From an uncultured Eubacteriales bacterium (GTDB lineage: Bacteria; Bacillota; Clostridia; Oscillospirales; Acutalibacteraceae), in the NCBI GenBank assembly GCA_900316345.1, contig ONCR01000011.1, positions 7,257 through 71,256 of the forward strand: a stretch of DNA of 64,000 bases, read 5' to 3'. The notes under the pieces were generated by a model. It was not told the DNA's origin and did not search any database. It saw only the letters and a list, made by a program, of their open reading frames with translations. Shown here in pieces: positions 1 to 11,615 of this stretch. The position numbers and the translations under genes are program-made. The first letter of the stretch is position 1. Every line of letters begins with the position of its first letter.

Positions 1-20
1 CACGCGCTTTGGGTTAAAAT

Positions 21-2228
21 TCAGATTGCGGTTTTATTAACTATGTTGATTTGGTTTGTGTAAGCGATTCGCAGTCTTCCGTAGGTGTCAAGGTAAGTCA
101 TATAGCCTTTTACCGCCCAGTTATTCTTTCTTGAAAGATTGCGGACGTTAAGGATGTAAAGGCCGCTGTCGCTTACGCCGGGGAACCTTGCGGTTGTAAC
201 CTGATTATTAACAATAAGGTTAACGTCCGTCGGGTCAAATTCGGCAGCGGGGAGCTTGATATAAGCAATACCTATCGTTTCAATTCTGCAGGAGGTGCTT
301 ACGTTTGAAGCCATAATAAATGTTCCCACGGATTCGTTGTTACTGCCGTCGTAAACGTAAGAAAGCGAAAGCGAAGGTGTGTTTACGTCAATCAGAGCAG
401 GAAGCTCCGGAATCTGAACGTCAACCGCGTCATATTCAGGGTAAATATCAATATTATAGCCGTTTTCAAGGTCAATAAAGTTTCTTTCGGTATAAACCCA
501 GCGGCCGTTGGTATAGCCGTATTTATAAGGCACCTTCGGGAACAGCGCCTCGTAATCCTCAACCTCAAGCCAATCGGCGGATGTTTTGCTTATACTTTCG
601 ATTACCTGGCCGCCTTCGCCGCGGAAGGTAAGCGTTGAATAAGTTTTATCAACAGCGATAGCCTTAATATAAAGATTTGACGTTACGGTATATGAGAAGG
701 TTGTTTCGGTTGAAAGGTAGCGTTTAGTATTAACGTCGTACCACGCGATAAAGCGGTGATTGGAATCCGTCTGCGCGGTAAAGGTTACATAATCGCCGAA
801 AAGAACGCGTCCCGTTCCCTCTCCCCTCGTGCCGTCCGAATCAGCAACCGTGGCGGAGCAGCCATCGCCTTCAAGTTGTAAATTGAGATAGGGTTCAAGC
901 ATTGAAAGCTTTGTAAGAATATCCGAAACCTCGCGGTCAATTGCAAACTGGGGATACTGTAAGCTGTCGCCGTCAGAGATGTTTTTATGAAGCTCGGCAA
1001 CGGAGGAAAGCTCTGAAAAGCTTTCTTCGGAATAATCCTCGGGAACAAGCGAGGAATAAAGCTGTTCGGCTTCAACAAGAGCAGAAATATCGTTTTCAAA
1101 ATCCGTTATTTCTCTGTTGCACGAGGTGCAGACCGCCTTATAACTGTCCGTACTGCTTGTATAAACATAATTATCGTTATGAGGAAGAGCAGCGGTTGTT
1201 TGCTGTTCGGTTATGGTTTCGCCGCATACGGAGCAATAGCTTCCCGCGGTTAATCCGGTTGAAGTACAGCTTGCAGGAACGGCGGGAATAACAACCTCTG
1301 TATGGCCGAGCGCGGGAATAGCAGTAAACGAGGAATCACCGCAAACAGAACAATAGTGCTCCATAACGCCGCGCCTTGTACAGGTAGGCTCGGAAAAAAC
1401 CTCATCAACATAAGTATGGCCGAGCGCGGGAATAGTTTCGTTATGAACATCTCCGCAGACCGAGCAGGTAAAGGTATCCGTTCCCGTTTCGGTACATGTA
1501 GGAGCTGCGGTTACCTCTTCGGTATAGTTGTGATGAAAAGCATTGTTGGAATAACAAGGATTCGAAATACGCTCTTCATATCCGTCGATTACATCCTGCA
1601 TATTGCCGAGGAAAACGGTTTCGCCGTTTGTTATATAATCGTTAACCATAGCGTCAACGCTTGTGTCGTCAAGTGTACCGTCGTTGGCCATAACGTCCGA
1701 GCCGGTGTTGATAACATTTTTAACAACGGAAAGCCAATCGCCTGTAAACACGCCGATACCGACCTTTACAGCATTGATAAGCGTATTTGTACTTAACACC
1801 TCGCTGTCGCCCTGGACGTTACGGATTCCGGTATCGCCGCTGAAAGCGTTTTCGTTAATTGAATTTTCCCTTTTAAGAAGATTTGATTGAATTTCTATAG
1901 TATCAACGCTTTTCATATTTGCAAAAACGTAAGCGCCGACGTAATTAACGTCCTCTTCAATAACAATCCTTGTAACGTCCGTTCTTCCGGCAAACGGGCC
2001 TTGGTCGGCTGAGGGATAATCGGGGGTGTTGGCGTTTGATACGCCGTCGCCGCTCAGGTAAAGGATTTTATTATCTTTATCAATAATCCAGTAAGCGGTA
2101 TTTGTTCCGTCGGTTAAAACACCGCGCTGAAAATAGCGCAGCTCATCAGCTGCGGCAAATGCCGAAATACTTCCCGAAACCGTTAATACGAGCGCAAGAA
2201 GAAACGCAATTATTCTTTTATACTTCAT
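21..2228 (-). CDS. Secreted cell-surface protein with a signal peptide, an LRR-like (BspA-type) N-terminal region, three Cys-rich C-x2-C-G...ALGH repeats and a C-terminal beta-rich module
   Basis: ORF 21..2273. The internal Met at 2228 (MKYKRIIAFLLALVLTVSGSISAFA/AADE) follows an AAAGGTGA RBS and gives a classic signal peptide. The motif C-T..G....C-S-V-C-G....IPALGH occurs three times. I recognise no characterised homologue. Confidence 0.75.
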   Translation of the reverse strand: MKYKRIIAFLLALVLTVSGSISAFAAADELRYFQRGVLTDGTNTAYWIIDKDNKILYLSGDGVSNANTPDYPSADQGPFAGRTDVTRIVIEEDVNYVGAYVFANMKSVDTIEIQSNLLKRENSINENAFSGDTGIRNVQGDSEVLSTNTLINAVKVGIGVFTGDWLSVVKNVINTGSDVMANDGTLDDTSVDAMVNDYITNGETVFLGNMQDVIDGYEERISNPCYSNNAFHHNYTEEVTAAPTCTETGTDTFTCSVCGDVHNETIPALGHTYVDEVFSEPTCTRRGVMEHYCSVCGDSSFTAIPALGHTEVVIPAVPASCTSTGLTAGSYCSVCGETITEQQTTAALPHNDNYVYTSSTDSYKAVCTSCNREITDFENDISALVEAEQLYSSLVPEDYSEESFSELSSVAELHKNISDGDSLQYPQFAIDREVSDILTKLSMLEPYLNLQLEGDGCSATVADSDGTRGEGTGRVLFGDYVTFTAQTDSNHRFIAWYDVNTKRYLSTETTFSYTVTSNLYIKAIAVDKTYSTLTFRGEGGQVIESISKTSADWLEVEDYEALFPKVPYKYGYTNGRWVYTERNFIDLENGYNIDIYPEYDAVDVQIPELPALIDVNTPSLSLSYVYDGSNNESVGTFIMASNVSTSCRIETIGIAYIKLPAAEFDPTDVNLIVNNQVTTARFPGVSDSGLYILNVRNLSRKNNWAVKGYMTYLDTYGRLRIAYTNQINIVNKTAI

Positions 2229-2287
2229 AGGAATCACCTTTTTACAGTTTTTCACAAATACATTATATAACATTTCTTATTAAAAGT

Positions 2288-2330
2288 AAAGAAATAAATA
2301 ACCGCTGACGGTAAAGCAACCGACAGCGGT
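2288..2330 (-). terminator. Rho-independent terminator after the V-ATPase operon
   Basis: Minus strand reads ACCGCTGTCGG-ttgcttta-CCGTCAGCGGT (11 bp, one mismatch) followed by TATTTATTTCTTT, directly after the subunit D stop. Confidence 0.55.
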
Positions 2331-2336
2331 GTATTA

Positions 2337-3017
2337 TTAATGAGCAGCTACCTCTTCGTCGTGAGCGATAGCCTTTTGCCTTGCTTCCTCAAGCATCATT
2401 GATTTAACCTTCATAAGCCTTGTTGTTGAGCTTCGCTCATTTTCATCAAGCTTCATAGTTATATACTTTATTGTTTCTTCATAGCGAGGAATCATAACGT
2501 GCTCAAGGGCGTTAACCCTTCTTCTTGTTTTTTCAATTTCAGCCGACATAAGGCGGCAGGATTTTTCAACCTCGGCAAGGCGGAGCATAAGCGGCATAAT
2601 TTCCGAAAGAGCTTTAACCGCATCGTCCAAATCAGACGAGGTAAAGGCATAGCCGTATGAATAAATATCGTTTTCATCAGCAGTTTTGAGCTTTGCGTCA
2701 AACACGGGAAGCATAACGCTCATAACGTTCTTTTCTTCAATTTCGAGCGTCATTTCCTGAGAGGGCATCATAAGCGCAACGTCAAGAGCCGCGTCGCTCA
2801 TAACGGAGCGCGCAACAGCCATATGCTTATTAGCCTCGGTTATTCCCTCTTCAACGCGGCGGCGAAGCTCCTTGTTTTCCCTTACCAAATCAAGAAAACG
2901 GCGCATAAGCTCATCGCGCTTGTCCTTAAGAAGCTTGTGCCCTCTGCGCGCCGTTGTAAGCTTGCGCTTCAGGTTTGTAAGCTCCATTCGGGTTGGATTT
3001 ACATTCATTACTGCCAT
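2337..3017 (-). CDS. ntpD: V-type ATP synthase subunit D
   Basis: N-terminus MAVMNVNPTRMELTNLKRKLTTARRGHKLLKDKRDEL is the typical V/A-ATPase D signature. It is the last gene of the V-ATPase operon. Confidence 0.95.
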   Translation of the reverse strand: MAVMNVNPTRMELTNLKRKLTTARRGHKLLKDKRDELMRRFLDLVRENKELRRRVEEGITEANKHMAVARSVMSDAALDVALMMPSQEMTLEIEEKNVMSVMLPVFDAKLKTADENDIYSYGYAFTSSDLDDAVKALSEIMPLMLRLAEVEKSCRLMSAEIEKTRRRVNALEHVMIPRYEETIKYITMKLDENERSSTTRLMKVKSMMLEEARQKAIAHDEEVAAH

Positions 3018-3037
3018 TTATTTCACCTGATTACAAA

Positions 3038-4411
3038 TCATTTTTCGTCATAGTATTCATCAAGAAGCGTGTCGCTGATACGCTTAAGCTCGCTTCTCGG
3101 GAATATTCTTAACAGCTTCCAGCCGATTTCAAGGGTTTCCTCAATCGTTCTGTCAACATCAAAGCTCTGGTTAACGTATTCCTTTTCAAATTCATCGGCA
3201 AATTTTGCATAAAGCTTATCCATATCGGTAAGCGCGGCTTCGCCGAGAACTACCATTAATTCCTTTGCGTCCTTACCTCTTGCGTAAGCGGAGAAAAGCT
3301 GATTCATGGTATTGGAATGGTCTTTTCTTGTTTTGCCCTCGCCGATACCCTTATCCTTAAGTCTTGAAAGGGACGGAAGAACGTCAATCGGGGGAAGAAT
3401 TCCTCTTCTGTAAAGGTCACGCGAAAGAATAATCTGTCCCTCGGTGATATATCCCGTAAGGTCGGGAATCGGGTGGGTTTTATCATCCTCGGGCATAGAG
3501 AGAATCGGAATCATAGTGATTGAACCGTCTTTTCCCTTCTGCCTTCCCGCTCTTTCATAAATTGAAGCAAGGTCGGTATACATATAACCGGGGTATCCGC
3601 GCCTTCCGGGAACCTCTTTACGTGCGGCGGAGACCTCACGAAGGGCGTCGGCATAGTTGGTGATGTCCGTCATAATAACAAGAACGTGCATTCCCTTGTC
3701 AAACGCAAGATATTCGGCTGCAGTAAGCGCCATTTTCGGGGTTGCAATTCTTTCAATAGCAGGGTCGTTAGCGAGGTTTGAGAACATAACCGTTCTGTCA
3801 AGCGCGCCGGTTTCCCTGAAGGACTGAATAAAGAAATTTGATTCCTCAAAGGTAATACCCATTGCGGCAAATACAACGGCGAACTTTTCATCCTTGCCCC
3901 TTACCTTTGCCTGACGGGCAATCTGAGCCGCAAGCTGTGCGTGAGGAAGACCCGAAGCAGAGAAAATAGGAAGCTTCTGGCCTCTTACAAGGGTATTAAG
4001 GCCGTCGATAGCGGAAACGCCTGTCTGAATAAACTCCTGGGGATATGCTCTTGCCGCAGGATTCATCGGAAGGCCGTTAACGTTAAGGCGCTTTTCGGGG
4101 ATAATTTCGGGGCCGCCGTCGATAGCTCTTCCGAGGCCGTCAAATACACGGCCGAGCATATCTTCAGAAACGCCGAGCTCCATCATTCTTCCGAGGAAGC
4201 GAACCTTACTGTTTGAAAGGTTAATGCCGGTTGAGGGCTCAAAAAGCTGAACAAGCGCATCGCTGCCGTTGATTTCAAGAACGCGGCAACGCCTTGTTTC
4301 GCCGTTTGCAAGCTCAATTTCGCCGAGCTCGTCAAACTTAACCCCTTCAACCTTTCTCACAAGCATAAGAGGACCTGCTACTTCTTCAACTGTTCTGTAT
4401 TCTTTTGGCAT
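3038..4411 (-). CDS. ntpB: V-type ATP synthase subunit B
   Basis: 457 aa with the conserved B-subunit core ([28 protein letters not shown]). It sits between subunits A and D. Confidence 0.95.
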   Translation of the reverse strand: MPKEYRTVEEVAGPLMLVRKVEGVKFDELGEIELANGETRRCRVLEINGSDALVQLFEPSTGINLSNSKVRFLGRMMELGVSEDMLGRVFDGLGRAIDGGPEIIPEKRLNVNGLPMNPAARAYPQEFIQTGVSAIDGLNTLVRGQKLPIFSASGLPHAQLAAQIARQAKVRGKDEKFAVVFAAMGITFEESNFFIQSFRETGALDRTVMFSNLANDPAIERIATPKMALTAAEYLAFDKGMHVLVIMTDITNYADALREVSAARKEVPGRRGYPGYMYTDLASIYERAGRQKGKDGSITMIPILSMPEDDKTHPIPDLTGYITEGQIILSRDLYRRGILPPIDVLPSLSRLKDKGIGEGKTRKDHSNTMNQLFSAYARGKDAKELMVVLGEAALTDMDKLYAKFADEFEKEYVNQSFDVDRTIEETLEIGWKLLRIFPRSELKRISDTLLDEYYDEK

Positions 4412-6183
4412 CAGAATTCCTCCTTTGCGTTGATAACTTCGTTAATATCGTTTTCTACAAGAGAAACAACCTTTGCATATTCCTCATCAATGCTGTCCTC
4501 GGCAACATACTTGAACCTGCCGATTGCCTCTCTTGACGGGATAGCGACAAGCTTTTCAATATCAGCGTTCATTTCAAGCGCCGCATTTGCTTTATCGTAA
4601 TACTCCATAACAAGAGTCATCATATAATACTGCTTTTTGAGCGAGGTATAAGTGTCAATCTCGTGGAAGGCGAGCTGATGAAGGAAGTCCTCACGGATGC
4701 TTCGCGCAGCCTCCATCTTAAGCCTATCTGTCGCGGAAAGCGCGTCCATACCTACAAGCTTAACGATTTCATCAAGAGAAGCCTCGTCGGAAAGAAGGTT
4801 CATCATTCTTGTTCTGAGCTTCGTCCAATCACTGTTTACGTTATCGTTAAACCATTTGCCGAGATTATCGGCATAAAGCGAATAGGAGGTAAGCCAGTTG
4901 ATAGCCGGGAAATGACGCTTATATGCAAGCGCTGAATCAAGCCCCCAGAAAACCTTTACGATACGAAGCGTTGCCTGGGATACCGGCTCGGAAATATCAC
5001 CGCCGGGGGGCGATACCGCGCCGATAACGGAAAGCGCGCCCTCCTGCGAACCGCTGCCTAAAACCTCAACGCGGCCGGCACGCTCATAGAACTGCGCAAG
5101 ACGGGAGCCGAGATAAGCGGGATAGCCCTCTTCACCGGGCATCTCTTCAAGTCTGCCCGACATTTCACGAAGAGCCTCAGCCCAGCGCGAGGTTGAATCC
5201 GCCATAAGAGCTACGGAATAGCCCATATCCCTGAAATATTCCGCTATTGTAATACCCGTATAGATTGAGGCTTCACGCGCCGCAACGGGCATATCCGAGG
5301 TGTTTGCGATAAGAACCGTTCTTTCCATAAGCGATTTGCCCGTATGAGGGTCAATAAGCTCGGGGAATTCGTTAAGAACGTCGGTCATCTCGTTTCCGCG
5401 TTCGCCGCAACCGATGTAAACAACTATATCCGCCTCAGCCCATTTTGCAAGCTGGTGCTGGGTTACCGTTTTACCGCTTCCGAACGGGCCGGGAATAGCC
5501 GCAACGCCGCCCTTAGCAATCGGGAAAAGCGCGTCAATAACACGCTGGCCGGTAATAAGCGGCATATCGGGAGGGAGTTTCTTTTTATAAGGTCTTCCCT
5601 GTCTTACGGGCCACTTCTGCATTAGCGTTACGTCGTTTACCCTGCCATTTTCGTTTTCAATAGAAGCAATAACCTCAGTTACGGTATAATCGCCTTCGGT
5701 TATTGATTTAACAGCGCCGCTGACGCCGTAGGGAACCATAATTTTATGCCTTACAATATCGGTTTCCTGAACATAGCCGAGCTCGTCGCCTGCGGACACG
5801 CTGTCGCCTGCGCTGACAGTGGGATAGAAATGCCACTTTATGTCCCTTGAAAGCGACGGAACCTCGATACCTCTTTCAAGGTTGTTTCCGCTGAGCTCCA
5901 TAATCTTCTCAAGCGGACGCTGAATTCCGTCAAAAATACCTTTAATCAGGCCGGGACCGAGCTCAACGCTCAGCGGCTCGTTAGTTGATTCTACGGGCTC
6001 GCCCGTGCCGAGGCCTGCCGTATCCTCATAAACCTGAATTGAGGCTCTGTCACCGTGCATTTCAATGATTTCGCCTATAAGCCTGTGTTCGCTTACACGA
6101 ACAACGTCAAACATATTGGCGTCCCTCATATTTTCAGCAACAACAAGAGGACCCGATACCTTTAAAATTGTACCTTTACTCAT
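4411..6183 (-). CDS. ntpA: V-type ATP synthase catalytic subunit A
   Basis: 590 aa with Walker A GPFGSGKT and the motif GERGNEM...[10 protein letters not shown] typical of the A subunit. Its stop overlaps the B start by 1 nt. Confidence 0.97.
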   Translation of the reverse strand: MSKGTILKVSGPLVVAENMRDANMFDVVRVSEHRLIGEIIEMHGDRASIQVYEDTAGLGTGEPVESTNEPLSVELGPGLIKGIFDGIQRPLEKIMELSGNNLERGIEVPSLSRDIKWHFYPTVSAGDSVSAGDELGYVQETDIVRHKIMVPYGVSGAVKSITEGDYTVTEVIASIENENGRVNDVTLMQKWPVRQGRPYKKKLPPDMPLITGQRVIDALFPIAKGGVAAIPGPFGSGKTVTQHQLAKWAEADIVVYIGCGERGNEMTDVLNEFPELIDPHTGKSLMERTVLIANTSDMPVAAREASIYTGITIAEYFRDMGYSVALMADSTSRWAEALREMSGRLEEMPGEEGYPAYLGSRLAQFYERAGRVEVLGSGSQEGALSVIGAVSPPGGDISEPVSQATLRIVKVFWGLDSALAYKRHFPAINWLTSYSLYADNLGKWFNDNVNSDWTKLRTRMMNLLSDEASLDEIVKLVGMDALSATDRLKMEAARSIREDFLHQLAFHEIDTYTSLKKQYYMMTLVMEYYDKANAALEMNADIEKLVAIPSREAIGRFKYVAEDSIDEEYAKVVSLVENDINEVINAKEEF

Positions 6184-6197
6184 ATGTTTACCACCCG

Positions 6198-6518
6198 TTA
6201 ATTTACTATATCAGAGCCTACGGCCCTTTCTACAAATGAGCTTACCTGCTCCATACCTATACCCGTATTTCCGAAAACGCCGGGGATAGGGATAATTGCC
6301 GGAAGAGGCTCATCGTTATATCTGCTGATTTCACTTTGAATTTGCGAAGCAAGATTTTCCGTTATAAAGATTACTGCGTAATCGTTTTCCGCAAGATTTC
6401 TTATTGTTTTAACGGCGTCAATACCGCTTTCAACGGGATATATAACAATACCGAGAGAGGCAAAGCCGTAAATGCTGTTTTTATCGCCTATTGCGGCAAT
6501 TTTATACATAAAGCTCAC
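6198..6518 (-). CDS. V-type ATP synthase subunit F
   Basis: 106 aa ([19 protein letters not shown]...AVIFITE), the typical small F subunit, placed between C and A. Confidence 0.85.
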   Translation of the reverse strand: MSFMYKIAAIGDKNSIYGFASLGIVIYPVESGIDAVKTIRNLAENDYAVIFITENLASQIQSEISRYNDEPLPAIIPIPGVFGNTGIGMEQVSSFVERAVGSDIVN

Positions 6519-7503
6519 GCATCCTTTCTCTTATTACATCCGTTGAAACATGGCTCTGCTTTGCCGAAAGGATAACGCGAAGGCATTTTACCTCGGTTTC
6601 CTTTGCGCAGTAATAAGCCGCAAGGGGGCTTATTCCAAAAGCAGTCATCTTTGCCTTTTTAACTATTTCAAGCAGCTTATCATCACAGTATTTTTCAAAC
6701 GCCGAGCCGCCTTTTTCAAGCTCTGCACGGTAATCGGAAAAGCCTGTATTAGTAAGATAATCGCAAAACTCCTCCATACCGTCTGCCGCCGCGTTAACAA
6801 AATCGGCCTTTTTAAGCTTTTCGCAGTTTGCAATAGCCATATCAAGATAAACGGAATTCTTGCCCGTTTTAACGGCGCGATATGCCGTTTTAATATTCGT
6901 TGCAACGCAGTATTCCTCGGCGTAATTAATAAGCACGTCGTCGTTACTGCTTTTGGCATAGCATAAAATTGCCTCAAGCGCAGCAGTATCAATTACCGTA
7001 TCGCAAAGCTGCGCTCTTCCGGTTGTTGAAAGAAGCTCAAGCGCCTTTTCGGCACAGCCCGCAGCACATTCCGGAAGCTCGTCAAACCTGCGCTCTGAAA
7101 CGGCCTTTTTTAGCTTTTCTGCGTCAAAAGCGCAGGGCTTTACAAAATAATCATCAGCCGAATGTCCCATAGCCTCAGCCTTAAGAATTGCCTTAAGATT
7201 TTGAAAATCGTTTTTGATAATAAAGGCGTTAAGCGCCTCAGCCTCGGGAGCGGCCTTTTTAATATAATCCCATGCGCCGTTTAGCTCAATATCAAGCGTT
7301 TTTGAATAATTTCCGCCCGAAGGGATATTGTATCCCTTTTCGTTTAAAAGCGTTACCGCTTTTTCATAGCTTTCGGCATTGATAAGCTGTTCAAGGTCGC
7401 TTCGCGTAAGAAGCGAATTTTCAAGCGCACGAACGGAAGCAACTGCAAAAAGATAATCGTTTCTTTTCAATATGCTTCCCTCCTTAACTGAATAAAAGAG
7501 CAT
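6502..7503 (-). CDS. ntpC: V-type ATP synthase subunit C (eukaryotic d-like)
   Basis: 333-aa helical protein in the expected operon position between E and F. It overlaps both neighbours, which suggests translational coupling. Confidence 0.85.
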   Translation of the reverse strand: MLFYSVKEGSILKRNDYLFAVASVRALENSLLTRSDLEQLINAESYEKAVTLLNEKGYNIPSGGNYSKTLDIELNGAWDYIKKAAPEAEALNAFIIKNDFQNLKAILKAEAMGHSADDYFVKPCAFDAEKLKKAVSERRFDELPECAAGCAEKALELLSTTGRAQLCDTVIDTAALEAILCYAKSSNDDVLINYAEEYCVATNIKTAYRAVKTGKNSVYLDMAIANCEKLKKADFVNAAADGMEEFCDYLTNTGFSDYRAELEKGGSAFEKYCDDKLLEIVKKAKMTAFGISPLAAYYCAKETEVKCLRVILSAKQSHVSTDVIRERMRELYV

Positions 7504-8071
7504 TCAGCGCGTCACGCAGCTCGTCACGCTTGGAAGCTGCAATAGCGTCAAAGGAGCAGTTAATATCAATATCGCCGTAAACAAGAACGAAGCCGCCGTC
7601 AGTGTTCGTACTGTCGCCGAGGATAACGCTTTTTCCTTTGCCGAGTTCGCTGTTAACGGAGCTTATAAAATCCTTCGGAAGCCTGTTAACGTCTGAATCA
7701 GAGAGGCGAAGAACGCCCTCCCCTTCCTTGGCATTATTAATAATAAGCGTTTTGATAACTTCAAAATATTCCTTATCGTCAAGCGATTTAATTGAAGCAA
7801 GAGCCTTACCGAGCATATCGTCAATAGTTTCAAGCTTCGCCTTAAGAATAACCTTGCTTTTTCCGAGCTCTGCTGAGGAAACGGCGGACTGTTTAATATC
7901 CTCCGCCTTTTTGGCGGCGTTTGCTTCAGCATTGCCGATTATATTCTTTGCCTGCTCTTCTGCCTTTTCAATAATGCCCTTTGCGTTCTCTTCTGCCTGC
8001 GAAATTATGCTTTTACAACGGTCGTTTGATTCATATTCAATTTGTGAAATAATTTTTTCAAGACCTGTCAT
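7484..8071 (-). CDS. ntpE: V-type ATP synthase subunit E
   Basis: 195 aa with an Ala/Lys/Glu-rich N-terminal coiled coil and a globular C-terminus (GGFVLVYGDIDINCSFD), the typical stator E subunit. Confidence 0.88.
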   Translation of the reverse strand: MTGLEKIISQIEYESNDRCKSIISQAEENAKGIIEKAEEQAKNIIGNAEANAAKKAEDIKQSAVSSAELGKSKVILKAKLETIDDMLGKALASIKSLDDKEYFEVIKTLIINNAKEGEGVLRLSDSDVNRLPKDFISSVNSELGKGKSVILGDSTNTDGGFVLVYGDIDINCSFDAIAASKRDELRDALNALLFS

Positions 8072-8082
8072 ATATTTTCACC

Positions 8083-10534
<2,452 letters not shown>

Positions 10535-10581
10535 TTTGAGCTTTGCCGTAGGTCATCACCCCATTTCCTTTGAAGTGTAGT

Positions 10582-10893
10582 TTACTGAAGTATAATATTT
10601 TTTACTGCGTCAATGGTTTCGCTTAGCTTATCAGAGCTGATTTCCTTCAGCTTTTCAGTATAAGCAAGCGCTTCGTTTTCAGCCTCGGCAACCGAAGAAG
10701 CGGCGTCCTTCTGCGCGCCTTCAACGGTGCGCTTATAGGCGGCGTCTGCCTCTGCCTCTGCATTTGAAACGATTTCCTTTGCCTTGAGGTTCGCGTTTTC
10801 AAGGATTTTTTCTGCTTCAAGCCTTGCGTTTTGCTCGTTTTCAGCGGTAACCTTTTCCTTTTCCAAAACCTCGCTGAGCATATCAGATACCAT
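10582..10893 (-). CDS. Small coiled-coil V-ATPase stator subunit (G/H-like), first gene of the operon
   Basis: 103 aa, Ala/Glu/Lys-rich and predicted to be a single long helix. Position and size match the G-type peripheral stalk subunit; the sequence alone is low-complexity. Confidence 0.6.
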   Translation of the reverse strand: MVSDMLSEVLEKEKVTAENEQNARLEAEKILENANLKAKEIVSNAEAEADAAYKRTVEGAQKDAASSVAEAENEALAYTEKLKEISSDKLSETIDAVKNIILQ

Positions 10894-10988
10894 TTTTTCA
10901 CCTTCTTTTATATTATCTAATTGAATATATCATATATATTATTTTATTTCAATAATTTACAGTTTTTTTAATCAATTTGTCATTAATT

Positions 10989-11024
10989 AAAAAAATGCAG
11001 AGGGAGAGTCAGGCTCCCTCTGCA
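10989..11024 (-). terminator. Rho-independent terminator ending the surface-protein/small-ORF transcription unit
   Basis: Minus strand reads TGCAGAGGGAG-cctgact-CTCCCTCTGCA (11-bp perfect stem) followed by TTTTTTT. Confidence 0.85.
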
Positions 11025-11086
11025 CATAAGGAGAAACAGCGGCAGGGACGAAAGGATTAAAAGCCTGCCGCCGATATGAAGCTGTT

Positions 11087-11206
11087 TCAGAATTCTATTT
11101 CCTCGTCGCCTTCCTCCCAGCCGGGAGTAGTGACAGATTCCGTAACAACGTCCTTAAAAGTAAATTTATCAATATTTAATTCAGGCTCAATATATTTCTT
11201 TTTCAC
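11087..11206 (-). CDS. Candidate 39-aa small ORF (MKKKYIEPELNIDKFTFKDVVTESVTTPGWEEGDEEIEF)
   Basis: It is below the ORF-track size cutoff. An AAGGAGG RBS (11214..11220) sits immediately after the stop of the upstream ORF, 7 nt before GTG at 11206 (an in-frame ATG at 12212 would be too close; the in-frame ATG is at 11212). The ORF ends in TGA at 11087 and the strong terminator follows ~60 nt downstream. No homologue is assigned. Confidence 0.45.
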   Translation of the reverse strand: MKKKYIEPELNIDKFTFKDVVTESVTTPGWEEGDEEIEF

Positions 11207-11220
11207 GTACATACCTCCTT

Positions 11221-11607
11221 CTAAACATTCGCCGAGGAGCAGATATTTCCGTAATAAATGGCCTCGTAATCTTCGCTTTCGCCGTCGCTGTTGATAAAGA
11301 AGAACTTATACTTAACATAAGCCCTTGTATAAACTACGGCTTCGTCGCGTTTAACTATTGAAAGCGAAAACTGCTTTGTAGAATCAATGGTTTTCTTGCT
11401 TTTCTGGATATATACACCCTCCGTGCCTATTACAAAATCATCGGCGGTAAGACCGTTATTTTTGCTGAATAGCGTTCCCGCTTCAACAACAGTTACGCCT
11501 TCGGGAAGGTTTTGCGTATACGCGCTGTGAGTAGTAAACTTTTCGTCCCCTTCGGCGCCTGTTGATTCGGCATAGCTGTAGATAAACGGAAGGCCGAAGT
11601 TAAGCAT
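11221..11607 (-). CDS. 128-aa ORF encoding a beta-rich C-terminal module, probably the out-of-frame 3' end of the upstream surface-protein gene
   Basis: It starts 8 nt after the upstream stop in a different frame. I see no convincing RBS. By eye it aligns with the C-terminal ~110 aa of the 21..2228 protein (VVEAGTLFSK/IETIGIAYIK; YTRAYVKY/AVKGYMTY; EAIYYGNI/RIAYTNQI). Confidence 0.55.
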   Translation of the reverse strand: MLNFGLPFIYSYAESTGAEGDEKFTTHSAYTQNLPEGVTVVEAGTLFSKNNGLTADDFVIGTEGVYIQKSKKTIDSTKQFSLSIVKRDEAVVYTRAYVKYKFFFINSDGESEDYEAIYYGNICSSANV

Positions 11608-11615
11608 ATGAAGGG

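Noticed and set aside
10647-10901. An alternative-frame 84-aa ORF overlapping the first V-ATPase gene.
   Set aside because: It is highly basic (Lys/Arg/Ser) low-complexity sequence in the -1 frame of an Ala/Glu/Lys coiled-coil gene, a typical frame shadow. The 10582..10893 frame fits the operon and subunit size.
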